Positions 19,633 to 28,564 of a DNA stretch of 64,000 nt are shown in pieces. The stretch is from Candidatus Levyibacteriota bacterium (GTDB lineage: Bacteria; Patescibacteriota; Microgenomatia; Levybacterales; UBA12049): positions 19,927 through 83,926 of the forward strand of contig JAUSEW010000002.1 in assembly GCA_030651475.1 (NCBI GenBank), written 5' to 3'. Below the pieces are notes generated by a model. It saw only the letters and a list, made by a program, of their open reading frames with translations. It did no database searches and was not told the DNA's origin. Numbering within the stretch: the stretch's first letter is position 1; every line of letters begins with the position of its first letter. A program made the position numbers and the translations under genes.

Positions 19633-19656
19633 CTTAAATAATATATATTATTTAAG
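19633..19656. promoter_or_regulatory. second 24-bp AT palindrome, near-identical to 19156-19179
   Basis: CTTAAATAATATATATTATTTAAG, upstream of ORF 19741. Confidence 0.55.
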
Positions 19657-19740
19657 TATTTGAGACGTTGGAGTTTTTGAAATGATTAGGGTAGAATCTA
19701 AAATAGAGGATAATTGGGATTATAGGGTTTGGTTTTATTT

Positions 19741-20259
19741 ATGGATGATAGCGGAATTTTGGGTAAAGCATTGGGGCAGTTGGGGACTATTGCCAAAAAA
19801 ACAGGCGAAGAAATTATCAAAAAACCTGAAGAGATGGCAGGCGATGTTGCTTCGGAGTTTGGTTTGAAAACCGATATTGCTCCTCAATCCCCCAAACCGA
19901 CATCTTCCGATGAACAGGCTACGAAAGAGGTCGTGAAAAGTTTATACGCGCCAAGCGAAAAACCAAAAGACACTTCGCAATCTCCAAAACCCGATGATTC
20001 TGAATTTGCCAAGCAAATTGCCAATGAAACTCCGGAAGAACAGCAAAAACTGATAACTCTTAGACAGCAGCTGCACAAAGAGTATTATGAGAAATTAGTC
20101 AATCCGCCGAAGCCTCAGGAAGAAAGACCGGCAGAGAAAGTGGAGAAAGAAAAAAAGCAGGAGATGGCAGAACTCCAAAAAAAAGAAGAGAAAAAACCGT
20201 CACCTTTAATTCAAAGAGCAAGGGAAAGAGTAGAGAAATTTCCCGGCGCATCGGGATAA
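19741..20259 (+). CDS. hypothetical charged low-complexity protein
   Basis: Lys/Glu/Pro-rich protein. Start chosen at MDDSG. Confidence 0.45.
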   Translation: MDDSGILGKALGQLGTIAKKTGEEIIKKPEEMAGDVASEFGLKTDIAPQSPKPTSSDEQATKEVVKSLYAPSEKPKDTSQSPKPDDSEFAKQIANETPEEQQKLITLRQQLHKEYYEKLVNPPKPQEERPAEKVEKEKKQEMAELQKKEEKKPSPLIQRARERVEKFPGASG

Positions 20260-20291
20260 GGATTACGTTGTCAGGATGACATGAAGAATAT

Positions 20292-21707
20292 ATGTTGAAA
20301 ATCTATAATACGCTAACAAAAAAGGTTGAGGAGTTTAAGCCGATTAATTCTCCAAAGGTTAATATCTATTCCTGCGGTCCCACGGTTTATGATTACCAAC
20401 ACATAGGGCATATGAGAAGGTATGTGGGTGATGATATTTTGATTAGGGTTTTGGATTTCAATAACTTCAGGGTTAAGCACGTAATGAATATTACGGATGT
20501 CGGACATTTGGTTTCGGATGCGGATACAGGCGAGGATAAGATGGAAAAGGGTGCCCGAAAGTTTAATAAGACTGTTTGGGAGATTGCGAAAATGTTTGAA
20601 GAGCAGTTTTTTGCATCCGCGAAAGCTTTGAATATCAAAAAACCGGATCTGGTGATGCATGCAACAGATTACATTAAAGAGCAAATTGTTTTTATTCAGG
20701 CGCTTGAAAAGAAAGGATATACGTATAAAATAGATGACGGGATTTATTTCGATACTTCGAAATTCTCAAACTACAACAAGCTTTCCGGTCAAAACCTTAA
20801 GGATATGAAAGCGGGCGCAAGAGTAGAGATGGTTAAAGGCAAAAAACATCCGTCAGATTTCGCTCTCTGGAAATTTAGCCCCAACCCTTCGACAAGCTCA
20901 GGGCAACCTAAAAGGTTGATGGAGTGGGAAAGCCCTTTTGGTATTGGATTTCCCGGTTGGCATATTGAGTGTTCAACTATGGCGATAAAGGGTTTGGAAA
21001 CCGAGACTTTGGATATTCATACAGGAGGAATTGATCATATTGCCATTCATCATACCAATGAAATTGTTCAAAGCGAGGCCGCAACAGGAAAAACGTTTGT
21101 TAAATACTGGATGCATCATAATTTTCTGCTGGTTGACGGGCAAAAAATGAGCAAAAGCCTGGGGAATATTTATACTGTCGAAGATATTATTAAAAAAGCC
21201 ATGCCTGCCGGCAGGCAGGGTTTTGAGCCTCTGGCTCTTCGCTATCTTTATTTGCAAACTCATTATCGGCAGGAAGCAAATTTTACATTTGAGGCTTTGG
21301 AATCGGCGCAAACCGCATTAAACCGCTTAAGGGAGAATATTTCCAATTGGGGAAAACCAAAAGTGGGATGCGCGGAATTTGAAGAAAGATTTTTGCAGGC
21401 GATTAACAATGATTTAAATATGCCGGAAGCGCTTTCTATCGTTTGGGAATTAGTGAAATCCGATTATCCGACATCTGCCAAAGCGGAAAGCTTGTTCAAA
21501 ATGGATCAGGTTCTAGGCCTAAATCTTGGACAAGATCAGAAGCTTGAAGTACCGGAAGAGATAATGAAAATGGTCAAAGAACGAGAAGAGCTAAGGAAGA
21601 TTCAGAGTTACCATCTGGCAGATCAAATGAGAGGCAGAATTAAGAAATTGGGCTACAATGTTTTGGACACGGAAAAAGGCTCTCTGGTAAAAAAGATTGG
21701 AAAATAG
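20292..21707 (+). CDS. cysS: cysteinyl-tRNA synthetase
   Basis: CGPTVYDYQHIGH (HIGH) and KMSKSLGN motifs. Carries an in-frame palindromic insertion. Confidence 0.9.
   Translation: MLKIYNTLTKKVEEFKPINSPKVNIYSCGPTVYDYQHIGHMRRYVGDDILIRVLDFNNFRVKHVMNITDVGHLVSDADTGEDKMEKGARKFNKTVWEIAKMFEEQFFASAKALNIKKPDLVMHATDYIKEQIVFIQALEKKGYTYKIDDGIYFDTSKFSNYNKLSGQNLKDMKAGARVEMVKGKKHPSDFALWKFSPNPSTSSGQPKRLMEWESPFGIGFPGWHIECSTMAIKGLETETLDIHTGGIDHIAIHHTNEIVQSEAATGKTFVKYWMHHNFLLVDGQKMSKSLGNIYTVEDIIKKAMPAGRQGFEPLALRYLYLQTHYRQEANFTFEALESAQTALNRLRENISNWGKPKVGCAEFEERFLQAINNDLNMPEALSIVWELVKSDYPTSAKAESLFKMDQVLGLNLGQDQKLEVPEEIMKMVKEREELRKIQSYHLADQMRGRIKKLGYNVLDTEKGSLVKKIGK
20882..20907. repeat. palindromic element (family 1) inserted in frame in cysS
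   Basis: AACCCTTCGACAAGCTCAGGGCAA encodes PSTSSGQ between the conserved ALWKF and WESPFG segments. Confidence 0.7.
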
Positions 21708-21744
21708 ACATCTAAATGCTATAATTTGCTTACATTTTATATAA

Positions 21745-22503
21745 ATGGCTGAACCAAGAACCGAGACGACACAACCAATAGCTACAATAGAAATTAAGAA
21801 GGGCTTAAGTAGATTGGCAATTAATCCTCATGGTGCAAGAATTGAAGAGTTAACGTTAAAAGGGCAGAAGATTCTTACTAAAGTAAGAAGAGCGGATCTT
21901 ACCCAAGCATCCACCCATCCGTGTATTCCTATTTTTGGTCCCGAAACCACGACTAGATTTGGTATTCCGCAGCATGGATCTGCAAGAAAAAAAGATTTTG
22001 ACGTTTCTATAGTAGAAGGACATATTATTTTATCTCAAGAAATTGTAGACGGTCAATATCCCAAAGGATTAAGCATAAGACAGGTTCATAGTCTTTCGGA
22101 AGAAGAATATTCCTTAACAACAATTGTTTCAAATAGCTCTACAGAAGCACTTCCCGTTAATTTCGCAGAACATTTTTATTGGGATACTCCTGGCGGGTGG
22201 GGTGGTTTGATCATTAACGGCAAAGATGTTGAAGACATCGTGAGAAGAGATGGGGCAATCCCTGCACTAAAAGGAAAAAATGTGATTCATATACCATTGA
22301 GGAGGGAGATAATTTTAGACGCAAAAGGATTTTCTATTCTTCAGCTGTGGACAGGCAAAAATCCAGAAGGTAAATTTGATCAACATTATGTTTGCATAGA
22401 ACCAGCAGAGGGTAATCCTGCAGAGAATTTTTTTGGCTCCAAAGATTCAATGATAAAACCCCAACAATCGAGAACTACAGAAATTAAGATTAGCTTACAA
22501 TGA
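21745..22503 (+). CDS. aldose 1-epimerase family protein
   Basis: INPHGARIEELTLKG and mutarotase-like fold motifs. Confidence 0.65.
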   Translation: MAEPRTETTQPIATIEIKKGLSRLAINPHGARIEELTLKGQKILTKVRRADLTQASTHPCIPIFGPETTTRFGIPQHGSARKKDFDVSIVEGHIILSQEIVDGQYPKGLSIRQVHSLSEEEYSLTTIVSNSSTEALPVNFAEHFYWDTPGGWGGLIINGKDVEDIVRRDGAIPALKGKNVIHIPLRREIILDAKGFSILQLWTGKNPEGKFDQHYVCIEPAEGNPAENFFGSKDSMIKPQQSRTTEIKISLQ

Positions 22504-23267
22504 ATACTTCTTGGCAGAAAGTTTCCGGATGGTATAAAAATTTGGTCAAGGAAAAGGGGCATTATTTTCACGAGCATTTGGTTATCCCAAGATCATTAGC
22601 GCTTCTTTCGTTGGATAGTGAGAGCAGCCTGCCTACCGGCGAGGCAAGTCTTTTGGATTTGGGATGCGGAGAAGGGGTTTTGGCAAGGGCAATCCCTAAA
22701 AATATTTATTATCAAGGGGTTGATATTGCGACCTCTTTGATAGATTATGCTAAAAAAAACGACCATAATCCGTTGCATAAATATGCGGTTGGCAATGTCG
22801 CTAGACCTCTTCCGATATCCAAGAAAGATTTTACTCATGCAGTTTTTATTCTCGCTCTGCAAAATATTTCCGAACCTTTTTTGGCGTTGCAAAATGCTGC
22901 TTCCTATCTCAAAAAAGGCGGAAAACTGCTGATAGTTCTGAACCATCCATATTTCCGAATTCCCAGGCAAACGTCCTGGGGGATTGATGAAAAAAATAAA
23001 ACCCAGTACCGAAGAATCGACCGCTACCTAACGCCTCTTAAAATTCCGATAAATATGCATCCGGGAGAAAAGGAATCTTCAGTAACTTGGTCTTTCCATT
23101 TTTCTCTTTCTGCTTACAGTAAATTTCTTTTTGATTCAGGTTTGGTAATAGAGAAAATAGAGGAGTGGACTTCGGATAAAATAAGCGTTGGCAAAGCGGC
23201 AAAAATGGAAAATAGAAGCCGGGAAGAATTCCCTCTTTTCATGGCAATCCTCGCAAAACTTGGATAA
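22500..23267 (+). CDS. class I SAM-dependent methyltransferase
   Basis: LLDLGCGEGVL motif I. Confidence 0.7.
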   Translation: MNTSWQKVSGWYKNLVKEKGHYFHEHLVIPRSLALLSLDSESSLPTGEASLLDLGCGEGVLARAIPKNIYYQGVDIATSLIDYAKKNDHNPLHKYAVGNVARPLPISKKDFTHAVFILALQNISEPFLALQNAASYLKKGGKLLIVLNHPYFRIPRQTSWGIDEKNKTQYRRIDRYLTPLKIPINMHPGEKESSVTWSFHFSLSAYSKFLFDSGLVIEKIEEWTSDKISVGKAAKMENRSREEFPLFMAILAKLG

Positions 23268-23291
23268 GGATTTTTTGATATAATACAATTT

Positions 23292-24200
23292 ATGGATTTC
23301 GGATTTATCATTTTAACTGTTCTCGGGCTTTCGCTGTTTGAGATAATCACCAGCGTTGATAATGCCATTATCAATGCGGAAGTATTAAGAGGAATGAGCC
23401 AAAGAGCAAGAAAATGGTTTCTCCTGTGGGGTTTTCTTTTTGCAGTTTTTGTCGTCCGCGGTTTACTGCCTCTTCTTATTGTGTGGATTGCAAATCCCCA
23501 GATTGGCGTAATCAGGATATTTTTTGCAGCATTTTCTTCAGATCCTCAAATCGCAGAAGCTGTTGAGAAAACATCGCCTTTTCTTCTTTTGGGTGGAGGA
23601 GTATTCCTTTTATTCTTATTTTTCAACTGGCTGTTTTTGGAACCTAAGAATTTCGGATTAAAAGGAGAACGATTTTTCCAAGCCCAAGGAGCTTGGTTTT
23701 TTGCCATTGTCTCTATTCTTCTTGCCGTAATAGTGTGGTTTGCCTTGCAAAAAGACTCTATGCTCGCATTTGCGGCAGTTATAGGTTCTACGGCATTTTT
23801 TATCATTCATGGATTCAGGCAATTTGCAGAAGAACAGGAAAGAAAGCTTATTGCCGGAAATATGTCGGATATAAGCAAGATTGCCTATCTTGAGGTTTTA
23901 GATTCAACTTTTTCAATCGACGGAGTAATAGGGGCATTTGCTTTTACATTTTCAATACCGTTAATTCTTTTGGGAAATGGCCTTGGGGCATTGGTTCTGC
24001 GGAAGCTGACGGTAAGCAATATAGAAAGAATAAAAAAGTATAAATATTTAAAAAACGGAGCCATGTATTCAATATTATTTTTGGGAATAATAATGATTTT
24101 AGACAGTTTCGGATTCTATATTCCCAATTTCGTTTCTCCTATTATTGCTTTTGGAACAGTTGGCTATTTTTTCCTCAAATCCAAAGCCGAATTATTGTGA
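23292..24200 (+). CDS. integral membrane protein, TerC/DUF475-like
   Basis: Multi-TM protein with SVDNAIINA motif. Confidence 0.5.
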   Translation: MDFGFIILTVLGLSLFEIITSVDNAIINAEVLRGMSQRARKWFLLWGFLFAVFVVRGLLPLLIVWIANPQIGVIRIFFAAFSSDPQIAEAVEKTSPFLLLGGGVFLLFLFFNWLFLEPKNFGLKGERFFQAQGAWFFAIVSILLAVIVWFALQKDSMLAFAAVIGSTAFFIIHGFRQFAEEQERKLIAGNMSDISKIAYLEVLDSTFSIDGVIGAFAFTFSIPLILLGNGLGALVLRKLTVSNIERIKKYKYLKNGAMYSILFLGIIMILDSFGFYIPNFVSPIIAFGTVGYFFLKSKAELL

Positions 24201-24205
24201 AAAAC

Positions 24206-24234
24206 TTGACAATCGACTATTAATCGACTATAAT
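24206..24234 (+). promoter_or_regulatory. perfect consensus sigma-70 promoter upstream of fic
   Basis: TTGACA, 17-nt spacer, then TATAAT. The spacer contains the direct repeat TCGACTAT x2. Confidence 0.6.
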
Positions 24235-24314
24235 CCGATTATCCACCGCATTTTACCTTTCGCCTTTTCAGTACTATTCGTACACGGCTCAAGGAGCAAT
24301 GTTGGCGGACAAGT

Positions 24315-25343
24315 ATGTTCTATCCAAAATATACTATTACCGATCGGCTTCTTGCTAATATAAAAAGAATTAATATCTTAGTAAGCGAATTGAACAATAG
24401 ACGGTTTCCTCATGTTGTTTTATTAGAATTAGAGAGAGTAGCTAGGGAAGTATCTGCTTATGCTTCAACTAGCATTGAGGGTAATCCATTGCCCCTAACA
24501 GAAGTCAAAAAAATTCTTAAATCAACGCCCGTACACATACGAGACAGCGAGAGAGAAATATTAAATTATAATCAAGCACTGCAAGATTTAAATAGAAAAC
24601 TTAAGGAAGAGAGTGCGCGTTTATCCCTTGACCTTATTTTACAAATTCAAAAACAAGTTATGAGGGATTTATTGTCGGAATCTGAAGCAGGAAGACTTCG
24701 AGAAAAACCGGTAGTTGTTAACGATCCGCGAACGGGACAGGTTGTATATTTGCCGCCTGAAATTAAAGACGTAAAACGCCTTATGGAAGATTTGATTTCG
24801 TTTGTCAATTCGAATAGGGAAGCTATTGATTCCCTCATTCTTGCCGGTATTTTCCACAAACAAATGGTTATTATTCATCCCTTTATGGATGGTAACGGAA
24901 GAACAACTCGTCTTGCAACTAAGGTGTTACTTGCTGAAATGGGACTTAACACATTTAATCTCTTTAGCTTTGAAAATTACTATAATAAAAATGTTACAAA
25001 GTATTTCCAAACAGTAGGGGAATTTGGCAATTATTATGATTTAACCGAAGAAATTGACTTTACTTCTTTTCTTGAATATTTTACTGAAGGAATTATCGAT
25101 GAGCTCTTACGAGTAAAAAAAATACTGCCAAAATTTGCGGCAACTCCGCAAACGCAATTACAAACTTATCACTTGAAATTACTTAAGCATATTCGAGAAG
25201 AAGGTTTTATTAACGATAGGAATTATGCTCAATTGACAGATCGAGCTAAAGCAACAAGGACACAAGACTTTAAAAAGCTGCTAAAATTGGGTTTAATTGA
25301 AAAAAAAGGGAAAGGTAAAGCCACATATTATATTTTGAAATAA
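24315..25343 (+). CDS. fic: Fic family protein (class II, AMPylase-type motif)
   Basis: HPFMDGNGRTTR Fic motif, N-terminal inhibitory-helix motif STSIEG ([ST]xxxE[GN]) and C-terminal wHTH-like tail. Confidence 0.85.
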   Translation: MFYPKYTITDRLLANIKRINILVSELNNRRFPHVVLLELERVAREVSAYASTSIEGNPLPLTEVKKILKSTPVHIRDSEREILNYNQALQDLNRKLKEESARLSLDLILQIQKQVMRDLLSESEAGRLREKPVVVNDPRTGQVVYLPPEIKDVKRLMEDLISFVNSNREAIDSLILAGIFHKQMVIIHPFMDGNGRTTRLATKVLLAEMGLNTFNLFSFENYYNKNVTKYFQTVGEFGNYYDLTEEIDFTSFLEYFTEGIIDELLRVKKILPKFAATPQTQLQTYHLKLLKHIREEGFINDRNYAQLTDRAKATRTQDFKKLLKLGLIEKKGKGKATYYILK

Positions 25344-25365
25344 AGATAAAACTCCCAATAAAAAT

Positions 25366-25394
25366 TTGACAAACGCCTTATAGCGTGATATAAG
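25366..25394 (+). promoter_or_regulatory. leaderless promoter, conserved motif copy A
   Basis: TTGACAAACGCCTTATAGCGTGATATAAG. About 26 nt are shared with 27285-27314. ATG follows 8 nt after the -10. Confidence 0.55.
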
Positions 25395-25402
25395 CTAAAC
25401 AT

Positions 25403-25603
25403 ATGCCAGCGGAACGTTTGAAGAAAGGACAACCGACAGATAGAGGAACTAAAAACGCAGTAAACGAATTCAGTTCCCATGTCGCTCATGTTGTCGTTGC
25501 CGACCCTGATGGTGGTTTCAGTGTCGTCGTCGACCGAGGTGTTGCCAATAACCTTGATCCTTTCAGCCGCACTGTTCGTCCGGTAGTGGCAAAAAATAAA
25601 TAG
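25403..25603 (+). CDS. small GC-rich ORF (66 codons) of unknown function; possibly non-coding
   Basis: GC content higher than surroundings and shares a promoter motif with the DGR target. No homology recognised. Confidence 0.3.
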   Translation: MPAERLKKGQPTDRGTKNAVNEFSSHVAHVVVADPDGGFSVVVDRGVANNLDPFSRTVRPVVAKNK

Positions 25604-25676
25604 GAAATTGGGTTTTAGCCTCCGCATATCTTGCGGTATTGCAATTTTAACCACACTGGCTTAAGATTTACTTAAG

Positions 25677-26456
25677 GTGAGATTGGAAAATAAAGTTGCG
25701 ATTGTTACAGGCGGGGGAAGCGGAATCGGGCAGGCGATAGCTATTCTGTTCGCCAAAGAAGGCGCCAAAGTCGTTGCTGCCGGCAGAAGGATTGAGGCTT
25801 TGCAAAGTACAGTAGCGGAAATTGTCCGCCAAAGGCGGATCAGCCTAGGGCTGAAAAAATCAGGCGGTGAAGCTCTAGCAGTAACAGCAGACGTTTCTTC
25901 TTTTTCTTCAATACAAAATCTTATCCAAAAAACTCTGGAAAAATTTGGCAGAATTGATATTCTGGTCAACAATGCTGGCATTTATTTAGCCGGCGACGCA
26001 GTATCGACAACCGAAGAAGATTGGGATAAAGTTCTGGCAATTGACGCCAAAGGAACATTTTTGTGTTCCAAAGCAGCTCTTCCATCGATGATAAAACAGG
26101 GAAAAGGGAAAATCGTCAATACAGCTTCTATAGCCGGATGGATAGGTTTCGAAGAAAGCATAGCTTACTGTGCGGCAAAAGGCGCGGTTGTTAATATGAC
26201 TAGGGAGATGGCTTTGGATTTCGGACCAAAAAATATCAATGTCAATGCAATTGCGCCCGGTGTCGTAGAAACGGATATGACCCAAAGTTTTTTGCAGGAT
26301 GAAAACGCCAAAAAATCCTTTTTGGATAAAATCCCAATAGGAAGAATTGGAAAACCTTTGGATATTGCTTATGCGGCCTTGTATTTGGCATCGGATGAAT
26401 CGGATTTTGTTACTGGAGAAACGCTGATAGTTGACGGCGGATGGACAGCCAGATAA
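25677..26456 (+). CDS. SDR family oxidoreductase (FabG-like)
   Basis: TGGGSGIG NAD(P) motif, NNAG and catalytic YxxxK (YCAAK). Confidence 0.85.
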   Translation: MRLENKVAIVTGGGSGIGQAIAILFAKEGAKVVAAGRRIEALQSTVAEIVRQRRISLGLKKSGGEALAVTADVSSFSSIQNLIQKTLEKFGRIDILVNNAGIYLAGDAVSTTEEDWDKVLAIDAKGTFLCSKAALPSMIKQGKGKIVNTASIAGWIGFEESIAYCAAKGAVVNMTREMALDFGPKNINVNAIAPGVVETDMTQSFLQDENAKKSFLDKIPIGRIGKPLDIAYAALYLASDESDFVTGETLIVDGGWTAR

Positions 26457-26566
26457 TGGAGAGAAAAATTTCGGTAACACATCTAAATGTAAGACAGAGC
26501 ATTTTCTTTTTGCTTCAGAAAAACACGTCTTAGCGGAAAAAGTTATAGAAGAAGAGAAAAGATAGA

Positions 26567-27223
26567 TTATAAAGCTGCGACCGAAACTGTAAGAATTTCG
26601 CCGTCATAATCAAACTTAAATTCTATGGGTACATTTTTATTATTGGTTATATAGAGATTTTGTACCTGATTTGAATAGCTTTTGCCAGGATCATCATAAA
26701 TAGCTACCCCAAACTCTTTTGGAATTTCCGGAATAGGCGTAAAATCATGGTTGGTAGGCGCTTTTGCCTCAAGACCTGCATCTTTCGCAGCCCAATAAAT
26801 AATTGAAGCTAAATGACAAATTCCATCACCTACAAGATAACCGTCGGATTTGAAGCCCTCCTGTGAATTAAAATGAGCATTTGTAGTTTTTACAATCTTC
26901 TCTTGGTATTCCGGCAACACATCATCGTGGAAAGAAAATACCTCGTTTGGTTTTAAAGTCCATTTATAATGGAAAGGTTTTCCTATCTCTTGCCAGTTTA
27001 TGCTCGCGTTTTTGCCAACTTTATCCGCCATATAGGCAATATTTAGCAAAATGTTGTCTTTGAAAATATCATTTACGAATTTATTGGAATAACGTTTTTC
27101 CAAAGATATGGCACGAGAGGATAGCACCTGTTCAGAGGGTTTATTTTGTTGGGGAAGGTTTTGTACGATAGGCAGGTTTATGCCAAAAAACAGCACAGCT
27201 CCTAAAAGTGTTGATGTAAACAT
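26567..27223 (-). CDS. VanW-like protein with N-terminal membrane anchor
   Basis: GDGICHLASIIYWAA resembles the VanW GGGVCQ motif. N-terminal hydrophobic segment. Confidence 0.5.
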   Translation of the reverse strand: MFTSTLLGAVLFFGINLPIVQNLPQQNKPSEQVLSSRAISLEKRYSNKFVNDIFKDNILLNIAYMADKVGKNASINWQEIGKPFHYKWTLKPNEVFSFHDDVLPEYQEKIVKTTNAHFNSQEGFKSDGYLVGDGICHLASIIYWAAKDAGLEAKAPTNHDFTPIPEIPKEFGVAIYDDPGKSYSNQVQNLYITNNKNVPIEFKFDYDGEILTVSVAAL

Positions 27224-27284
27224 AAGTGTTGCAGTATATCACACTATAAGCCCAAAGTCAAGTATAGACTATTCGATTTAGAGC

Positions 27285-27314
27285 TTGACAAGACGCCTTA
27301 TAGTGTGATAATAT
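27285..27314 (+). promoter_or_regulatory. leaderless promoter, conserved motif copy B (DGR target gene)
   Basis: TTGACAAGACGCCTTATAGTGTGATAATAT. ATG at 27324. Confidence 0.55.
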
Positions 27315-27323
27315 CTTAAAATT

Positions 27324-28109
27324 ATGACAATGCGACACATTGAAAGCAAAGAAGGATTAGGAGAATTCGTTGGGGATCCCAATGGCGATAAAGCCAAATT
27401 AGCAATAACTCTCATAGAGGGCGCAAGAAAATGGAGGGAGACATTTGGAGATATTTCTTTGCCATCTGTTACAGCTTCAGTTGAAGTAAAACCATTTTCT
27501 CCAGAAGCAGTTACTAATTATTGGCGAACAAAATTACAAGCAGATGGTAAAAGAATAGGACTTTCTATTTCCGTGCCAGATTGTAGTTGGACAGAAGCAG
27601 AAATAAGAAAGCCAATGGTAGATGTTAAAGGAAACGAAGTTCCTTCAATGTTAGTTTATGTTCCGCAAGAGCTTATGGGAAAAGAAGGATTAGTAAGATT
27701 AGGACAGATGTATCCAAAGATGAATAACTGGTCTGTTCAAGAAGACACTAGCGTGCAAAATAGTCCTGATGCAAACAAAAAAGGCGGATGGGTTAAAGTA
27801 GAAGCAATTGTTGATGCCCCAAATCTTAATACTACTCAGGAAGATCTTGAACAGCATGCCAAAGATAAAAAATATTTCGCACAAACATTAAATACTTTTA
27901 TTCTTGCTTCTCAAGCAAATAAAGATTTAACAGGACGTTACTTAGATGAAGGATCGACATGGTCTCGTTTGCTTGGTTCTCGTCGCGCGAGCGGTGTGGT
28001 TCATGCCGACTTCGGTTCGGGTGGGTACTTGTTTGTCGGTTGGGGTCTGGGTCCGCAGGGTCACGGTTCGGGCATAGGCGGGCGTTTTGAAGAAGTGAAG
28101 AAAGCTTAA
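27324..28109 (+). CDS. DGR variable (target) protein, C-terminal CLec/FGE-like variable region
   Basis: C-terminus carries the VR (..GSTWSRLLGSRRASGVVHADFGSGGYLFVGWGLGPQGHGSGIGGRF..). Confidence 0.8.
   Translation: MTMRHIESKEGLGEFVGDPNGDKAKLAITLIEGARKWRETFGDISLPSVTASVEVKPFSPEAVTNYWRTKLQADGKRIGLSISVPDCSWTEAEIRKPMVDVKGNEVPSMLVYVPQELMGKEGLVRLGQMYPKMNNWSVQEDTSVQNSPDANKKGGWVKVEAIVDAPNLNTTQEDLEQHAKDKKYFAQTLNTFILASQANKDLTGRYLDEGSTWSRLLGSRRASGVVHADFGSGGYLFVGWGLGPQGHGSGIGGRFEEVKKA
27971..28097 (+). repeat. DGR variable repeat (VR)
   Basis: 127 bp aligned to the TR without gaps. 26 of 28 mismatches are at TR adenines. Confidence 0.85.
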
Positions 28110-28430
28110 ACCTTTGCCTCTTTGTCCTTTTAGCTCCTTTGACTTTCGTTTTTTTATAGTCCTCCCAAACTATTTTATGCTACAATACTCCTGAGAGTAG
28201 GTTAATACATTCTTAAGCTAAGACTTTAGAATTACCGAAATCCTTGATTTTCAAAATTTTGTTCGATTTCTGTTGTTTATGGATAACAGAAGAATACAAA
28301 AGAAAAACAAGACACTTCTTGCCTAATGCTTGCGAAGATGTCCTGAGCTTGTCGAAGGACTACTTCCAAATAAAATACAACAGTAAGAGTAATCAAACTG
28401 TGGTGGTAATTGATGGCATAAGGCAAAAAA

Positions 28431-28557
28431 GCTTGGTTCTCGTAACGAGAGCAATGTGGTTAATGCCAACTTCAATTCGGATGGTAACTTGAATGTCAAT
28501 TGGAATCTGAATCCGCAGAATCACAATTCGAACATAGGCGGGCGTTTTGGAGAAGTA
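28431..28557 (+). repeat. DGR template repeat (TR)
   Basis: AAY-codon-rich (Asn) copy: ..NVVNANFNSDGNLNVNWNLNPQNHNSNIGGRF.. Confidence 0.85.
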
Positions 28558-28564
28558 GCTTGTT

